From positions 23,758,070 through 23,822,069 of the forward strand of contig NC_092671.1 in assembly GCF_964355755.1 (NCBI RefSeq): a stretch of 64,000 bases of DNA, in the 5' to 3' direction. Below the pieces are notes generated by a model that worked only from the letters and a program-made list of their open reading frames with translations, ran no database searches and was not told the DNA's origin. The stretch's first letter is position 1, and the number at the start of each line of letters is the position of its first letter. Position numbers and translations under genes: made by a program. Origin of the DNA: Antedon mediterranea. Lineage: Eukaryota; Animalia; Echinodermata. Below are positions 11,692 through 26,486 of this stretch, one piece after another.

Positions 11692-13661
11692 GTATGTAAA
11701 ATTGCAGTCTTATGCTGCCACTTTGCTTTTCCCAACTCTATAAAGAGTCACTAGTGTCCGATTCAGGGTTCTTACCATGCTGGTCAGCCCCACCCGTCAC
11801 CAACATGCTCCTGCCCGGCACTATTTTTAAAATTGTCTATAATAAAAAACTTTTTTTTTAACAGGGACATACTGTATTAAATTTGCATGTGTAAATCAAT
11901 GAATATGAGGTGTTAATATTCAATTACTCATTTCTTAGACAATGAGCATCCTAGTGACAATAGATTTAAAACAAAGCTTTATTTTTTGTAACAGCGACAT
12001 ATGGGACATTAATAACAATTACTCATTTCCTAGACGTTAGGCACGTTCACATAAGATTTTAACGTGCTTTCGTACTATCGTGATATTGAATATCACGTTA
12101 GCAGGAAGAATGTTCACATAGAATTTAACATCATGATACTGCATGCTAAAGGCCCATTTACACTAGGACGATAACAATAGACGATAATTAATAGACAAAT
12201 GTTCAGTAATAAACAATGAGTAATGTCAGACACCTTTCCAGCGTGGTATAGCCTAGCCACCTAGGCCTACGATTATTTTGTTAATAAAGTAGACTTTTTC
12301 ACTGACATTTGCATGTAAAACATCTTTTTAAGACTCTCTCTCTAACTTGTCCAGATTTTCTGGGGGAAATAACCAATTTTTGGGTAGGCATGGATCTAAA
12401 TAAAAAATCGGGGAAAATCACTTCACTTTTCAACTTTCAACCACATCATACTGTCAAGCACTTCAAAAGTGACAGGCTGGGCACGAGTAACTGTAAGTTT
12501 ACAAAATGGTGAAAAATATGCTCAATTTAAAATTAATAAGATCGTCAGAATGCTCAGGAACCCCTATTTTGCATTTCATTTTCTTAAAGTGTATGCATCA
12601 TATGTATGATTTATTATGAAACTAAGAAAAAAAATTATGATTCATTGCGGTATGTAATAATCTATCTGCACCAAAGTGGTTACTGCATTGTAAATACATG
12701 GAGGAATCTTTCTTAAACTTTTATTCAGGTGTACAGTATATATGGCTCGGTGGTCTTTGATACCTCGTCTATAGCACTTGCGTTTCACCTTGGGAAATGA
12801 AACGAAATACTATTTTTTTATATCCGTATTTAAATTTATTTGTTAGTGTATAAATTATACGCCTGATTTATTATGAAATCTAGAGAAACTTATGTCTTTA
12901 TTATTATTATTTTTATTCTAATAAACGTCTAAAACTTCTCACAAGTTTATGTAATGGCTCCCTGTTGAGCTGGGTAATGTTATTTGAAGGTTTGCATCGC
13001 GAAATCAATATGTTGATTTACAGTTTGCGGTACATCAACCTATTTGGGATTTGCTTACATCATTGAGTTTAGGAGAGGAGGTTCCATACTATATGTAAAG
13101 TGGTCGCTTACAAGAGGTGGTCACCAATGAGGGTGTTCTCTAAGGATGGTTGCTTTGGGAAGGTGGTTGCTTATGAGATATTTGCTTTTAGGGAAGGGGT
13201 AGCTTACGATGGGTGGTCTCTTTGGGGAAGTGGTAGCTTGCAAAATATGGTAAATTTATAGGTGTGGTCACTTGCACTTGCTTAAAGAGAGGTAGTCACG
13301 GACAAGTTTGGTCGCTTTTGATGGTTGCTTTGGGAAGGCGGTCACTTACAAGATGGCTGCTTTTAATAAGGTGGTCACTATGTTAGCTGTTGGTATTTTT
13401 ACATTACGGTAGCTGGAGGTTTAACTACATAAGCGGTGGACTGGTCTACATCATCAACGGTTGTTACGACAATAACTTTATTGAAATCAAAAATAAGTAC
13501 TGTACTTATAAAATGGCAATAGGTATCTACTCTTGGTTGATACGGTTTAGTTAATAGATTTAACTTAAAATTTATTTGGCTTTGCAATAATTGTGTTTTT
13601 TTTTAAAATAAAATTTACAAAGTCGTTGATCCTTTCCTCCTTTTTTTTGTTGGTATTTTAG

Positions 13662-13731
13662 GCTGTTATTAAATTTACTTGGCAAGATGCATTTGACAAA
13701 GGGTCTCTCTTAGGAGGAGCAAAAAAGCAGA
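13662..13731 (+). CDS. PDCD6IP: ALIX exon 3 (AVIKFTWQDAFDKGSLLGGAKKQ)
   Basis: ttttag acceptor, gtaagt donor, 70 nt. Confidence 0.93.
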
Positions 13732-13795
13732 GTAAGTATCACCCTGAAGAAGTTTAAATTTTAACAACAAATGCAATATCATACAATTCTGAATA

Positions 13796-15599
13796 TGTGT
13801 ACCGCCAAACCAAAACCAGGCGTTTGTCGGCAGCAAGGGATTTCTGTAAAATGCTTCTGAATGTGTAAAACCTATATCTTGACCATTTTTAGTTTTTTAA
13901 ATAATCTTACAGAAAATTTACCGTAGATTCCAAAAATCTATGTATTTTAAAGAAATTATAAGTATAAATCAATGAAAATAACATTTTAATGAGACCCCCT
14001 TTTTCGTCTTTGGTGAAAAAATCAAGTTCTATTCTGTAATTTGTGTCTATTTCTAACCAACTTTTACCTCTTTGATTATGAGAAGACCCCTTAATGTGTG
14101 GTATTTTTAGAAAGCTCGTGAAAAAATCTTTCCAAAGATAAAGGTTGTAGGTCATGTAAAATAATAGTATAGCCAATCAAACACATTCTTTAATAACCTT
14201 TTGGTATAAGCAAACCAGTCTTGTTGCTACGGAATCCTGAAACAGGCAATTTGATTGGCTAACAGAGTGGCTCAAGTCAATGAAGCGTTAAATTTGCCTT
14301 TAACAGCTATTCAAAGTACACTGAGGAAGCGGTAAGGTTTTAACAAAACTTTCTTACTGTAAAAAACATTCAATATTAATTCATACTTGCTATTTATGCA
14401 TCCTAGATAATAATAAAACAACATAGAATAGTTTAATGATTTATATAATATGAAAAGTAGATATATTGGCTTCACTAGCGAATCATAAACAACAAGAGGT
14501 TAGAAAGTACGAAATGACTTTCTAGCGCGACACACTCAGTTTGGTGAACACAGAAACACTTTTGATCAAAATATTAGGCCTAGCCTAGGCATAAGATAAG
14601 AGATGAACTGTATGCCAGCTTAGTACTTCAAGTTAGCCTAGTAAAACCACCTAGCATACCTTGGTCTAGGCCTAGCCCAAAAAAATGATTTTTAAATGTG
14701 TTTAAAAAAGTTTAATTTAATTTTTCATTCTGTTTTCAGATCTTGATTGGTAATACTGTAATGTAATACCAATAATAGTTTTGACAGTGGTGGTGATGCT
14801 GTTGCTACTTTCTCTTCTCAAAGAACTCCAATAATGGTGATACGGTGCTTAATATAACTTTACAAAAATGACTTTGATTCTGATGATACATGACACATGT
14901 ATTCTATTATGCAACGTAACCCTGAATAAAACCGTGAAATAATTGTATCGAAAAGATGATAATACTGTTGTTGTAACACGCAGCCTAAAATGACCAAAAT
15001 TTTATAATTTAAAGTGTACCAATTGTAAATAAATTTAAACACATCAAACACAATCAACTGTCTGTGTATCATTAATTTTGGTTCATTTCTATGTGTTGTA
15101 TTTTATTGTCACTTTATTAATAGTACAGTACTTATTTATAGTTATTACAAGCCTCACACATAACATAAGTTTAGTAAAAAAAAGTTTACTAACGTATGTT
15201 GTTATTTGAAGTCTCATTTGACAATGTTAATGTTACTGGATTTCTTTGAAAATTTCAATGATTATATAAAAATGTATTAGTTACATTTGTGCTAAATTTC
15301 AAAGTCATAGGTATACTAGAAGTTAGCGTTGTCAAGGTGAACATGAGTCGCTGTCTGCCAGCACATTTAAACTTCCTGTTTGAACAATTGTTTAACTTTG
15401 AATGCATTTTTCACTGCTAAATAAAAATGAATTCTTACTTGTATTTCTTTACTTATTGTATCATAACTCTAAAAATACTTGACCAAATTGAATAATTTTT
15501 TCAGTATTTTAAAGCAAATTATGTGCTCTGTACAAATATCTTGAAAACTCAAAATGTCACATTTACGACAAATGCCTGGTTTTGATTTGGCTGTACACA
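13796..15599. mobile_element. Non-autonomous DNA transposon, about 1.8 kb, TA-flanked
   Basis: TIR TGTGTACCGCCAAACCAAAACCAGGCGTTTGTCG vs CGACAAATGCCTGGTTTTGATTTGGCTGTACACA. Confidence 0.8.
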
Positions 15600-15745
15600 T
15601 ATTATTTCTTAACCAAAATTTGTTGTGGTTTAAAATATTAAGTTACAAGTCTGAAATAAATAAATGAATTACGTGAATTGCAAGACTTTTTTAAATAATT
15701 CAATCTAAAGTCAAATTTTTCTTTCCAAATTGGTTTTTACTGTAG

Positions 15746-15873
15746 GCGTTGTGTCATTGGGATATGAACAAGTGTGTGTTTTGTTTAACTTGGCAGCAGT
15801 GCATAGTAACATTGCAGCTTTACAAAGTTTAGATGATGACAGAGGATTAAAAGTTTCAGCAAAGCATTTCCAG
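15746..15873 (+). CDS. PDCD6IP: ALIX exon 4 (VVSLGYEQVCVLFN...KHFQ)
   Basis: tgtag acceptor, gtaatt donor, 128 nt. Confidence 0.93.
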
Positions 15874-16727
15874 GTAATTCATTATATTCTTACTACACAT
15901 TTTATTGAATTAAATGAATAAGTTAAAGGAATTGGAAATTATGATATCAAATGTATATTCTATTTAAAATTCATAAATAGAGCCAGATATTAATTTTTCT
16001 AATTTCTGCAACATTTGCAAAATAGAAAATATGTTAAAGGGTTCCAATTGTCTTGCTTCATAGGTTCCCAGTTTTTTTAGATATTAAAGACACTTTCCAT
16101 GCAAACTATTTAATTTCTTTTCATAAGTGTACATTTTATGGTCAATTATGATAAAAAGACAAATCAATGCACCGTAAATCGCTGGGCATGCTTCACCTAC
16201 GCTAGGGTGAGGCTCTCTTCCTAACCTGGTAACAGCGGTAACGTACAAATAGTGTACCCCAACTATAGATGCTAGGCTATGTTATTTCACGAAAGTGGGT
16301 AAATTATAAAAGTGAATCGAGCATATCAATTCATGAGCGTGATGCATCCAGTATTCATAGCGGGCCGTTAAATGATCAAAATCGACTTACAGTATTAAAA
16401 AAAAATGTTAATATAAAAAGGAAAAATTATCACAATAGGCCCATTTCAGATTGATTAAATATGTAGTTTGTGACTTTAAAATCGACTGAGGAAATGTAGA
16501 GAATTGTCTTTAATTATCATTGTATAAAAGAATACCACATTTGTATTCAGATTTTAAAGAACTGTGTTTTCCTTAAGCAGATTGCTATAATTCAGTACTG
16601 TATAACAGTATCTTTTATTCTAACCTTTAAAAAAATCAATGACAAATACACCTACTGAAATTCTATTAAAAATATTAAACAATTTGTAATTTCAAATTGT
16701 TTTAAAATAAATAATGTTTTGACACAG

Positions 16728-16881
16728 AGTGCAGCTGGAATATTTGAACATTTAGATAGCATGGTGTGGTCATATGAATCTAAGATAAGCACACAAGACC
16801 TACAACCAGATGTTCTAAAATCACTGAGTTTAATCATGATTGCACAAGCACAAGAGAGTTTCTTAAAAAAGGCTAGACAAG
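16728..16881 (+). CDS. PDCD6IP: ALIX exon 5 (SAAGIF...MIAQAQESFLKKARQ)
   Basis: cacag acceptor, gttagt donor, 154 nt. Confidence 0.92.
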
Positions 16882-17257
16882 GTTAGTTTAACATTGTTAT
16901 TTATATAGCGCTTTTCCAAAGATCACTTTACATGGTGAGCATCACATTAGGGTAACCTTCCATTAAAACTGAAACATCACTTTCATTTTCACACCATCTT
17001 GATTGACATATTTAAGAAATAATCGTGAGTTTCTTTATCATGATGTTCTATATAAACCTGCAGGAAGAGCAAGTTAATTATCATGATCTTACAGTTGCCA
17101 TGATATATTAGACACCACTATATGCAGAGACGAAATTCAACCAATCGGTGTCTGGTTATTTACTGCGTCATCGACCACCCACCGGAAGGAGGAGTCACCA
17201 TTTAAATCTAATTCAAATAGTAAATTTGTATGTACATATCTCAATTTCCTTTGTTAG

Positions 17258-17484
17258 ATAAAATGAAAGATTCAGTAGTGGCTAAAGTGGCCCACGCAAC
17301 ATCAAACCTGTATCAAGATGCCATGAAACAATGTCAGAAGCTTAATGTAAAGGGCATTCTTCCAAAGGATTGGATCACAACTGTAACTGCTAAACACTCT
17401 TACCTTCAAGCTCTTGCCCAAAAATACCAAGCAAGTGTGGCAAAAAATGCACAGGCATTTGGTGAAGAAATTTCTAGATTACAG
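17258..17484 (+). CDS. PDCD6IP: ALIX exon 6 (KMKDSVVAKVA...FGEEISRLQ)
   Basis: gttag acceptor, gtaaaa donor, 227 nt. Confidence 0.92.
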
Positions 17485-17822
17485 GTAAAATGAAGTAAGG
17501 TATATTTTATTACTAATTGATTGGTTGACATTTTGCCAGGTATGCCTGCATGTCAAGAGGGATGATTGGAATTGCCCAAGTAGACTGACCTAGATGTTTT
17601 GCCACTCATTTAACTTAAGTGGTCACAATCTGGAATTGCAGATAATTGATGGTAACCGCAATCACAGCGGTAACTCAAACTAACATTTTTTATTATATAT
17701 TTTTTTAATGGTCAACAGCATGCATTTGCTATATCTGAAATATTGACTTTAGGAATACTATTCAAACTAATGCATAGGTACTATTTAAAAAAAGTAAAAA
17801 TCTCATCTTTTGTTTTTAAAAG

Positions 17823-18045
17823 CAAGCAAAAAAACTGTTAGCTGACGCTGCAGCTGTTGGTGGTACCCTGCTTGATTTCACAGACTTGCAAGGTACAATA
17901 CAAAGGTCACTTGCAGCAGCAAAAAAGGACAACGACTTTATCTATCATGAAGTTGTTCCAGAACCTGCAGCTCTTAAACCAATTGATTCAGCAGTAATTG
18001 CAAAGCCTACAGCAATCTCAAAACCTATGAATTCTAAATCAATTG
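17823..18045 (+). CDS. PDCD6IP: ALIX exon 7 (contains KKDNDFIYH)
   Basis: aaaag acceptor after a pyrimidine tract, gtgagt donor, 223 nt. Confidence 0.92.
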
Positions 18046-18580
18046 GTGAGTTTTGAAATGTTGATATTAGTAAAATACTACAGCTAATAAAAATATTTAT
18101 TTATATTTTAATACCAAAATCAAGTCTCAAGCAACACATGGTTGAAATATTAAAATGGTTTTAAACTCTTCTGGTGCATGGAAAAATGTAATTTATGAGC
18201 ACTGAATTTGGTTTAACATGATAGTTGTTTGTGAACAAATTATTAAATTTGATTTCATTAAATCGGTGAGACCACATAATTTTTTTATTGCGATTCCTGG
18301 GCATAAAATTATGATTTGAAAAAATTGATGCAGCTTGATGATAGATCTCAAAATAATGCTATATATTGAAAAGAACAATAGTTTTTTTAAATATATGCGA
18401 TATCTTGCAAAACTGATTTGTAGATGTCTTGCCCAGGCTCCTGCAAGTATTCTTGTTTTTGTTGTATTGCTTCGTTCAAAACAGAAATGTAAATTATCAT
18501 TATCAATAGAACACAACTTGTGTGGAGATAAATATAATTTGATGAACCTGGGCTTACACTAAAAACCACATTTTATCTAT

Positions 18581-18620
18581 ACTAGAGGGTGAGCTCGCTT
18601 CGCTCACTCCCCCTCTAGGA
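18581..18620 (-). mobile_element. Helitron-like 3' terminus; an oppositely oriented counterpart ends at about 20595 on +
   Basis: Reverse complement reads GAGCGAAGCGAGCTCACCCTCTAGT; 20562-20595 reads GCGCGAGCGAAGCCAGTGAACCCTCTAGT. Confidence 0.4.
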
Positions 18621-19621
18621 AGTGTAGACGATGGTTCTCGGAATGATAATGATGTTCTTGTACGTTTTCTGTCGGTTACCATTATTGAAAATGCTTGACA
18701 TTCGTAAAACTAAACTACTCTGTTTCACAGTGTTTTAGATGATTAATAACATTTTAAAGTATAGTGTTTATTGTTTGGTTGGGCCCTTTGGGGAGGCGGA
18801 GTTCATTTGAGGGAGGTGCTTATTCGAGGGATATATGTTACATTTATAATAAAATGAAATCCTCTAATACTAATAGATATGAAAAGTGGTAAAAAAGAAT
18901 AACAAATGCTTGGTAAATTGTAGATAACAGTACGATGAATTCTACTACAAATAGTATAATTGTGTTATTATAAATGTGGATGGACGTTTATTAGATAGTT
19001 GGGTTGGGTGGGGGGTGGGGGGATTATTATTCAAAGTGATGTTTTATTGGAGAGGCGTTTATTCAAATAAATACCATCCTAATAATTATTAATACATTAT
19101 TTAATTTAAACATCTTTTGAAACTAACTGCTGTGACAGAGTGGGCCCAAGAAAGAAGACATTACGGCTTGCAACATGGGCAGACATCTCGGTCCTAACGG
19201 GACACAGATAGCCTACAGTTATTCCTGCCAGCTTACTCAATAAAACTCAGCTATCGAGATTTCACTTGATTTTAAACAAAATGTCTTATCATCAAATCTC
19301 AAATGTAATTTTATAATACTATTCCCCACAATATATTCCGATTATTTATGGCGTATATTTAATTTGATCTTTATTAATTTGCAGTATAATTTAATTTTTA
19401 ACTACTGTACCTTCACACACGCTCGCGCGCGCGCGGTCCGTTACTAAAATAAACAAAAAACTGAAATGGCTATGACTACTACTATCTGTTTTTTTCTTCT
19501 CTCTTCCAAAGGGACACTGTATTGATTGATGGAAAGTGCCTGTTTCCAGTCACCTTTAGGGTCAAATCTATTATTTTAACTGCTCCCTTGTGTATAAAAG
19601 AGAGAAAATAGTTGAAACCAG

Positions 19622-20015
19622 GGCCCCGTTTCTGCTGCCAAAAATATACCGTATATATACGGTATATTTTATATACGGTATATTTTTTGGCAGCAGAAAC
19701 GGGTCTCATGTGGATATTATACGGTATATTCCAAAATATACCATATATTTCGTACCCTGTTTCTGCTGCACTCAAAATATACCGTATATGTGACCCGGCC
19801 CACTACGCGAGACTCTAGAGGTCAATCCATACTTCCGTCTCACGAAATGCATTTTGGGTAATGAAAGCCAACTTTTTTACAGCCCACCCACGAAGTATGT
19901 GTAGCGGAAAACGGTGCACGAATTTCATATACGGTATATATACGGTATATTTATACGGTATATTTATACGGTATATTTATACGGTATATTTGGGATTGGC
20001 AGCAGAAACGGGGCC
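19622..20015. mobile_element. Harbinger-like MITE with CAG TSD and internal ATACCGTATAT repeats
   Basis: TIR GGCCCCGTTTCTGCTGCCAA / TTGGCAGCAGAAACGGGGCC; CAG at 19619-19621 and 20016-20018. Confidence 0.85.
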
Positions 20016-21644
20016 CAGGTTGTTGCAAGGTGAACTCATTTTGGTCTTTTGGTACGGTCACGTTGGACTGTTTCAGTGATTGATAACCCCTATTAACAGT
20101 TTCCTCCTGTGTGTAACGTTCAGATAATATATATAATAATATAATATGTATATTATATGTATACACTGTTCTTTACAATTATATTATTTGCATCTTACGT
20201 TCTTATGATTAATACCAATTGTTGTAAAGTTTTTACATCATTACAGGAGAATTAATGTACATTTTGTTTACAAATAATTTAATCTATTGAGACATTCTTA
20301 CTACCTCATCAGAACGTTAATGGCATTTCACAACAGTCCAACATAGAATACCCACGTTACCTTATAACTTGCCCTACCACAATATATCTAATTTGCTATA
20401 TCACCCTGGAAGCGATATTTTGGCAAACCTAATTTATGGACCACCATGAAACATAAAAAAAGCATGCATTACTCATCAGACATATGCATAGGTGTCACCC
20501 GGGCTTCAATTTCCAGAGGAGTTGGTCATGTTTTCGAGAACCATTTGGGTACACCCACCAAAGGGTGCGCGAGCGAAGCCAGTGAACCCTCTAGTATTAA
20601 TAATTATTAATAATACCATTATTGGTTCTATAATAATAATAATAATAATATACATTATATGAAAAAATAAAATTACCCTCTTTGTAGGCCTAGACGAAGA
20701 AAGCACCGCTTGTTAACCATCTTCCAATAGGGTGTCTCTCTCTTTACCACCATACTGCTCAGTGCTGTATAGACTAGCTGACCTACTAGTTACTAGTAAG
20801 TAGTAGAGAGTATGCCTACTGTAGGCTAGGCTAGTCTACTGTCTGTGAGTAGGCTAGCATAGCGCACACACATGTGACACAGACAGCACACTAAATGCAT
20901 GACATTTTAGTAGCTTCCACCATGCGTAGGTCTTAAAATTTAGCGTGTGTTGCTGATGCTAGTTTTATAAACCTTTTTTTAAAATTTATATACATCGATA
21001 CATCACTAATTTGGCATATTTTATCATAAAAAAATTACAGTACGACATGTGTCTGTTGTTTGTGTTTTATTGATATTGATACCAAGCTCGTACTGAACAG
21101 CTATATTAGAAGGCTTCTCATTATTTTCGATGGCGAGTTTATGATTTATGTTTCATATATTATTTCCAAACTTTATGTGTTAAGAAAATGTAGTTGCCAG
21201 AGGCTTATATGTGGCAAGCTGTTACTTTGGTTGAACTGATTACTTTCCGAGTCTGATACATAAAATCTGGAAAGTCGGTTCCTCCTTATGTAATAACGTA
21301 TTATATGGTGGGTTTCGTTTTTGGGCCTATCAACTACCAATCTATCAACAATCTGCCAAATTCAACTAACTATGTTGACTTTCGTTTATTCGCTGAAGTT
21401 TCAAATTTATTTCATTTGTACTAGTCAAGCCATAAAACTATTAATTCAAACAAAACAACTATATTATATTTCAAAATAAAAGAATCATGAGTTGACTAAT
21501 TTGACATGAGGCTTACTTGATACAGGGCCGATTTTACTGTGACCGAGATGGTTTAGGGCCGACTTTGGTCCAATTGTATGCTACTAGGAGTACCTACTGT
21601 AGCTAATCCTTCACTGACTAATACAGTATTGTATTTACTTTCAG

Positions 21645-21768
21645 ATTTATTTGAGAAACTAGTGCCATTGGTTGTTCATGAAGCTTTAAATGCATTTGAA
21701 AGTCGCAGATCTGAAATAATTAACAGGGAAATTAGTAAAGTGCGAGAAAGTACTCAATTATTGGATAG
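21645..21768 (+). CDS. PDCD6IP: ALIX exon 8 (DLFEKLVP...TQLLD)
   Basis: ttcag acceptor, gtaaat donor, 124 nt. Confidence 0.93.
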
Positions 21769-22204
21769 GTAAATATATAACTTCATATATATCAAACTTT
21801 CTATATGTTATCTTTACATTATGTGTACCTTTTTGAACAAAGTAATCATTTGAATAGCAGCCATCCAAAATCCAGTTGTTTTTATAATAGTATAACAGTA
21901 GTTCAAAAAGTATGTTATTGATCATGGAAATTTAATTTGTAGATCATATTACATTTATCCTTGGTAGGCAGCTTTTTAATTTGTGGAATCTCCCAATACT
22001 AATCACATTCCTCAGACTCCTGACTTTTCCTCTATGTGCAGTCCAAGTAACCAATCAAAATGACAAAATAGTGAGGAAAAAATGTCATAATAACATTGCT
22101 AACAGTGATGTTAACATTCCCTGTCATATACCACAAATTTGTATTGACTGCAGCCGGAATCACTGCTTCAATTGCAGCCTTGTCCCACATGTCTTATATT
22201 ATAT

Positions 22205-24870
22205 CGGTATATCTTTATTCAAATGACACAAACAGCCAATGGCTGAAACCGTAGTCGTACAATATTAAATACAATCATGATAAAAACAGGTTAAAAAAAA
22301 AAAATATTTAAAAAAGAAGATAATCAAAAAACCTTACAAAACATTATTTAACAGTCTAGACATAGTAGGAACAGGTGATTTCTTAAATCGCTCAGTTCTG
22401 CCAAACGGAATACGAAGGAGGGGGCGAGACCGAAGGCCGACATCATATTCGCGAAAATGAGGGAGCATATTCCGAAATATGTCAGAGGCAAGAAGTTTCT
22501 CACCAAAAGACAACACCAGACCCACCCTCCTCGTCGCAAGCAATGGGACACCGACAATCTCGCACGCCTCTTCATACATGTGATCAGTCCCTAGTATAAT
22601 TCGAAGAGCTCGTTTCTGGATTCTCTCAATAGCACGAGACTTCTCCCCAGTTAGGTAACCATGCCACACAGGACAAGCATATTCTAACAAAGCCCTACGT
22701 ACGATATCATTAACATGAAGATTCCATCTTAAGTCATTACTAATAGTAACATATGACCAACTACCTCAAGATCAACACCATTGATGGAGAAATTGGGAGG
22801 AGGAACATCACGACAAAGAAAACTAATTTGCATAGAATTGCACTTGGATGGCTTAGGTAACATGTTATTATTGTTACTCCATTCGTTAAAGTCATCTAGT
22901 AAACACTGCATATTTGAATTATCACCAATTCTATTCATCTCACTTAAAGTTAAGTCATCTACGTATTTCCACCGTCTGCAGCTTTCTAAACAAGCATCAT
23001 TAATCAGGATGAGGAAAAGAATGGGGCCTAATTTAGTTCCTTGAGGGACGCTGCAAGTAATTTGGGCAATAGAAGAAACTACATTGTCGTGTTTGGTGTT
23101 GATAGTACGGTTAGTAAGAAAGCTGCAGACGGTGGGAATAATGGATCGTCTAACACCAATATCTATCATTTTACAAATAAGTACAGAATGATCTACACGA
23201 TCGAAAGCCTTAGTAAAGTCGATGGTGCAAAGGTTAACATACTTATTACCTCCCTCAAGGTCTTTAACAATCGAGTCAATCATGCTGATCAAGTAGTGGG
23301 TCGTTGATGCACCTTTTCGACTTCCAAACTGTTTTGAATCCAGTTTACCACTGGTATCTTCAACAATCCATTTCACAAGAAACGATTCGAAAACGCGAGC
23401 AAAAAGGGGGGTCAATGAGATAGGTCTTAAATCATTACAACTACTAGCAGATTTAGTCTAGTAAAGGGATAATCGTCGCAGTCTTCCATGGGTCTGGGAA
23501 TAATCCTTCTTTCAAAGCGCAATTAAATACACTGGTTAAAGGTGGAGCAATCCCAACTGTTTGATGAGCTTCAACGGTAAGTCATCTGGGTGTCCTGACT
23601 TACTAACAATCAACTTGTTGAGTTCTGCTTGCACTTGACCAACATAAATAATTGGATGTTCGGCTGATGGTAAATATGCAGGTAGTGTTTTCCTGTCAAG
23701 GGATGAAAGTTGACGACAAACACTGGCAAAGTGAGCGTTGATTTCCTCCACTGTATCACGTGGTCCAAGACCAGGTATCTTAAATTGTGGTTTAGGTTTA
23801 AGATTACATAATTTCTGGATTGCACGATGCCAGCCAGACGGGTTATTACTTTTCAGGTTAGCAATCGAGCTCTCATAAAAATTAACTTTCAAACTTGTAA
23901 TTGCTCTTTGTGCAGCATTGCGAAGTCGTCTCCATTCATCATTTTTTCCATACTTAATAAATACTTCTTGATGCTTGTCCAGGACGTTCTTAACACTCTG
24001 TGTTAACCACGGCGGTTCAGATACTCTCCTGCGCTTAGTAGAGGTCGGGAACGCTTTCGAAAATTCACCTTTAAGTATGGATTGAAGTTCGTCGGCTTTA
24101 CTAGAACAATCATTCGCATTATACACTTGGAGCCAACCATACTGTGTGATCCATTCACCAAACTTCCTAACAGACGATTCTTTAAAGAGTCTCGTGGTAA
24201 TTTTGTAATGCGTTTTTTGTGGCAAACAAATCCGAGGTTCTAATAAAACAGAATCGTGGTCACTACGTCCCAGAGGCGGTAAATGCTTAGGCTCGTGGAA
24301 CAAATCAGGGAAATTCACAAACACTTTATCCAATATAGCATCATCGCGTGTAGCAAAATTGACGACTTGGGTCATTCCCAGTAAAATGGTAAAATCCTCA
24401 GTTTGTAAATCATTAAAATCTCCAAGTACCAATATAGGCGCAGTAGGGTTAATAGTGCGTATTGAGTCAATAGTATCAACTATGTGAGCTAAAAGATCAC
24501 CACTGCCTGCAGCGGAAGGTGGGTAGTAAATAGCCCCAACATAGAGTACCGGATATTTACATACACAAGGCATGGTAATCCTTGTCCACAAACATTCAAA
24601 ACAACACGGTCTATGCTCGATTGGCACTTACGTTGTGAAATGCTCATTTACATAAATCGCGACACCTCCGCCTTGTCTATCAGTTCTGTTCTTAGCAATA
24701 CATGTAAATCTGGGAATCTGTGCTATGCATTCATTGATCTCATTAAGCCACGATTCAGTTATCACAGCTATGTCAACACGATGTTTTAAAATTGTAGCTT
24801 GAAATTCATTTATTTTATTAACAATTGACCGAGCATTACTGAGAAAAATTTAGGAAGTCCCGTGCTACTA
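22205..24870 (-). mobile_element. LINE retrotransposon ORF2 relic (APE endonuclease + RT), frameshifted
   Basis: ORFs 23536-24627 (LGDFND, LDKV, SDHD), 22729-23415 (DFTKAFD, VPQGTKLGP, YVDDL), 22334-22690 (EYACPVWH, IERIQKRALR); VITESWL at about 24750. Confidence 0.92.
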
Positions 24871-25006
24871 TGAATAATATTGCACAGGTATTGTCAAACC
24901 TAGTTGAGTAGGTATGGTCTATGAGCAGAAATTACTATTTTTCATTGCAATGCCACATCTATGTCTTATCTCTCTATTGTCAGACTTGGGTCATTGGTTT
25001 TAGTAA

Positions 25007-26486
25007 TTAGGTGATCATTTAGAATAAAATAATCACCTATTGTTATTGTACTTAAATTAAAATATTCTTCTTTCTGTACACTTTTTGTGTAACAATTATC
25101 TCAAAAAGTTGAATGGCAATGATCACAAGAATTTCACAATGTCTTTCAAATACTTTACTTTGTCCTAATAAGCTTTTCAGCGTGATCGCTCATCCGCGAC
25201 GTCATTTATACGCCATTTTGTGAAATCACATTATCAATCATATCTCCATAATTCATTATCACATATTAATGAAATCACTACACGTAAACTTCTGGTCAAG
25301 GGTAAAAATACTAGCAAATAAAAACGCATGCGCACGTAGGGTCATGCGCGTGAAATCGCGCGTTTAAAATTTTAAAAGCTCAAAATTACGTTTTGATTTA
25401 AAATTTAGAGCATGAATTTAGGCCATTTGCATGTTTTAAAAATTTACTGCGCAAAAACACGTTTTTGAGCGTTTGTACATAGAAAGCGTAAAAAATACAA
25501 TTTGTTTGTACAAATTGCATTCTACTCATCTTCCTTGGTACATTCACCAATTTGAGTTCATTTCGACTTAAAATAGTGCTATACGAGCACATTAAAAATG
25601 ACAAAATGCGCACATTAATTGTACAAAAGTGCTAAAAATAGTAAAAAATAAGGCCTTTTTAAAATGAATATAACTCTTCACAATGGATGCCAATGAGTTG
25701 TAGATATAAATGTATATACACATTAGAAGTACAAAATGGTATGACATCATCATTTGGCCACATGAATTTTTAAAATAGGGTTTTTTCCCCTTTTGTCTTA
25801 GACCACCATATTCAACAGAGCGCAACTCGCTTATCTGTGATCGATTTTCTTTTAATTGTTAATATATTCTACCTCAACCAATTATGTCACTTATGAGTTG
25901 CCAAGATTTTCATTTGGATGACCTCATCATGTCTTAAAATTTAAATAACGGTGGTTACGTAATTTCATTAAATTTGAATACCTTACAGCTCTTCTGAACT
26001 TATTATGAGAGCTGGTGCAATGTAGATATGTATTCATATAAAAATTAAGCCTATCGGATGTTGTGACGTTATCATATAGCCAGTTGAAGTTAAAAAGTAG
26101 TTTTTTCATCTCTTTCGTAAAAGTTATACAATTTTTAAAGAGTGCGCTCCGCCCTTCTACATGCCAAATTTTCTTCCAATTGTTATATTTTATTGCTCAA
26201 TTCATTATCTTTCGATATTGTTATTCACAACTTTATTTTGATAATGTCCGTAATTTCACCTATGCTACACTGTATATAGATATACAGTATATACTGTACA
26301 TAATGTATATGGCATACTGTATAACAGCCACAACTCAGCACTATAAACGTATAATAATAGGGTGGCCTACATCAACATTTTCCGATTGTATGTTAACATA
26401 CATGCATGTTTCAAAAATATGAATGTCAATAAAATTATAAAAATTATCACCTATAATTCATCAAAGTGACGAATTAAATTCTAGTT
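25007..26486 (+). mobile_element. Helentron/HINE-like non-autonomous element, family A
   Basis: 5' hairpin AGGTGAT...ATCACCT; 3' subterminal ATCACCT, hairpin aattc.tc-aaagt-gacgaatt, CTAGTT; related ends at about 9520, 10160, 11250-11280 (-) and 58790-58820 (-). Confidence 0.7.

Noticed and set aside
13070-13430. GGTGGTCGCTTA-like degenerate repeats as a distinct element
   Set aside because: Probably one decayed arm of a MITE; partner end and boundaries could not be defined.
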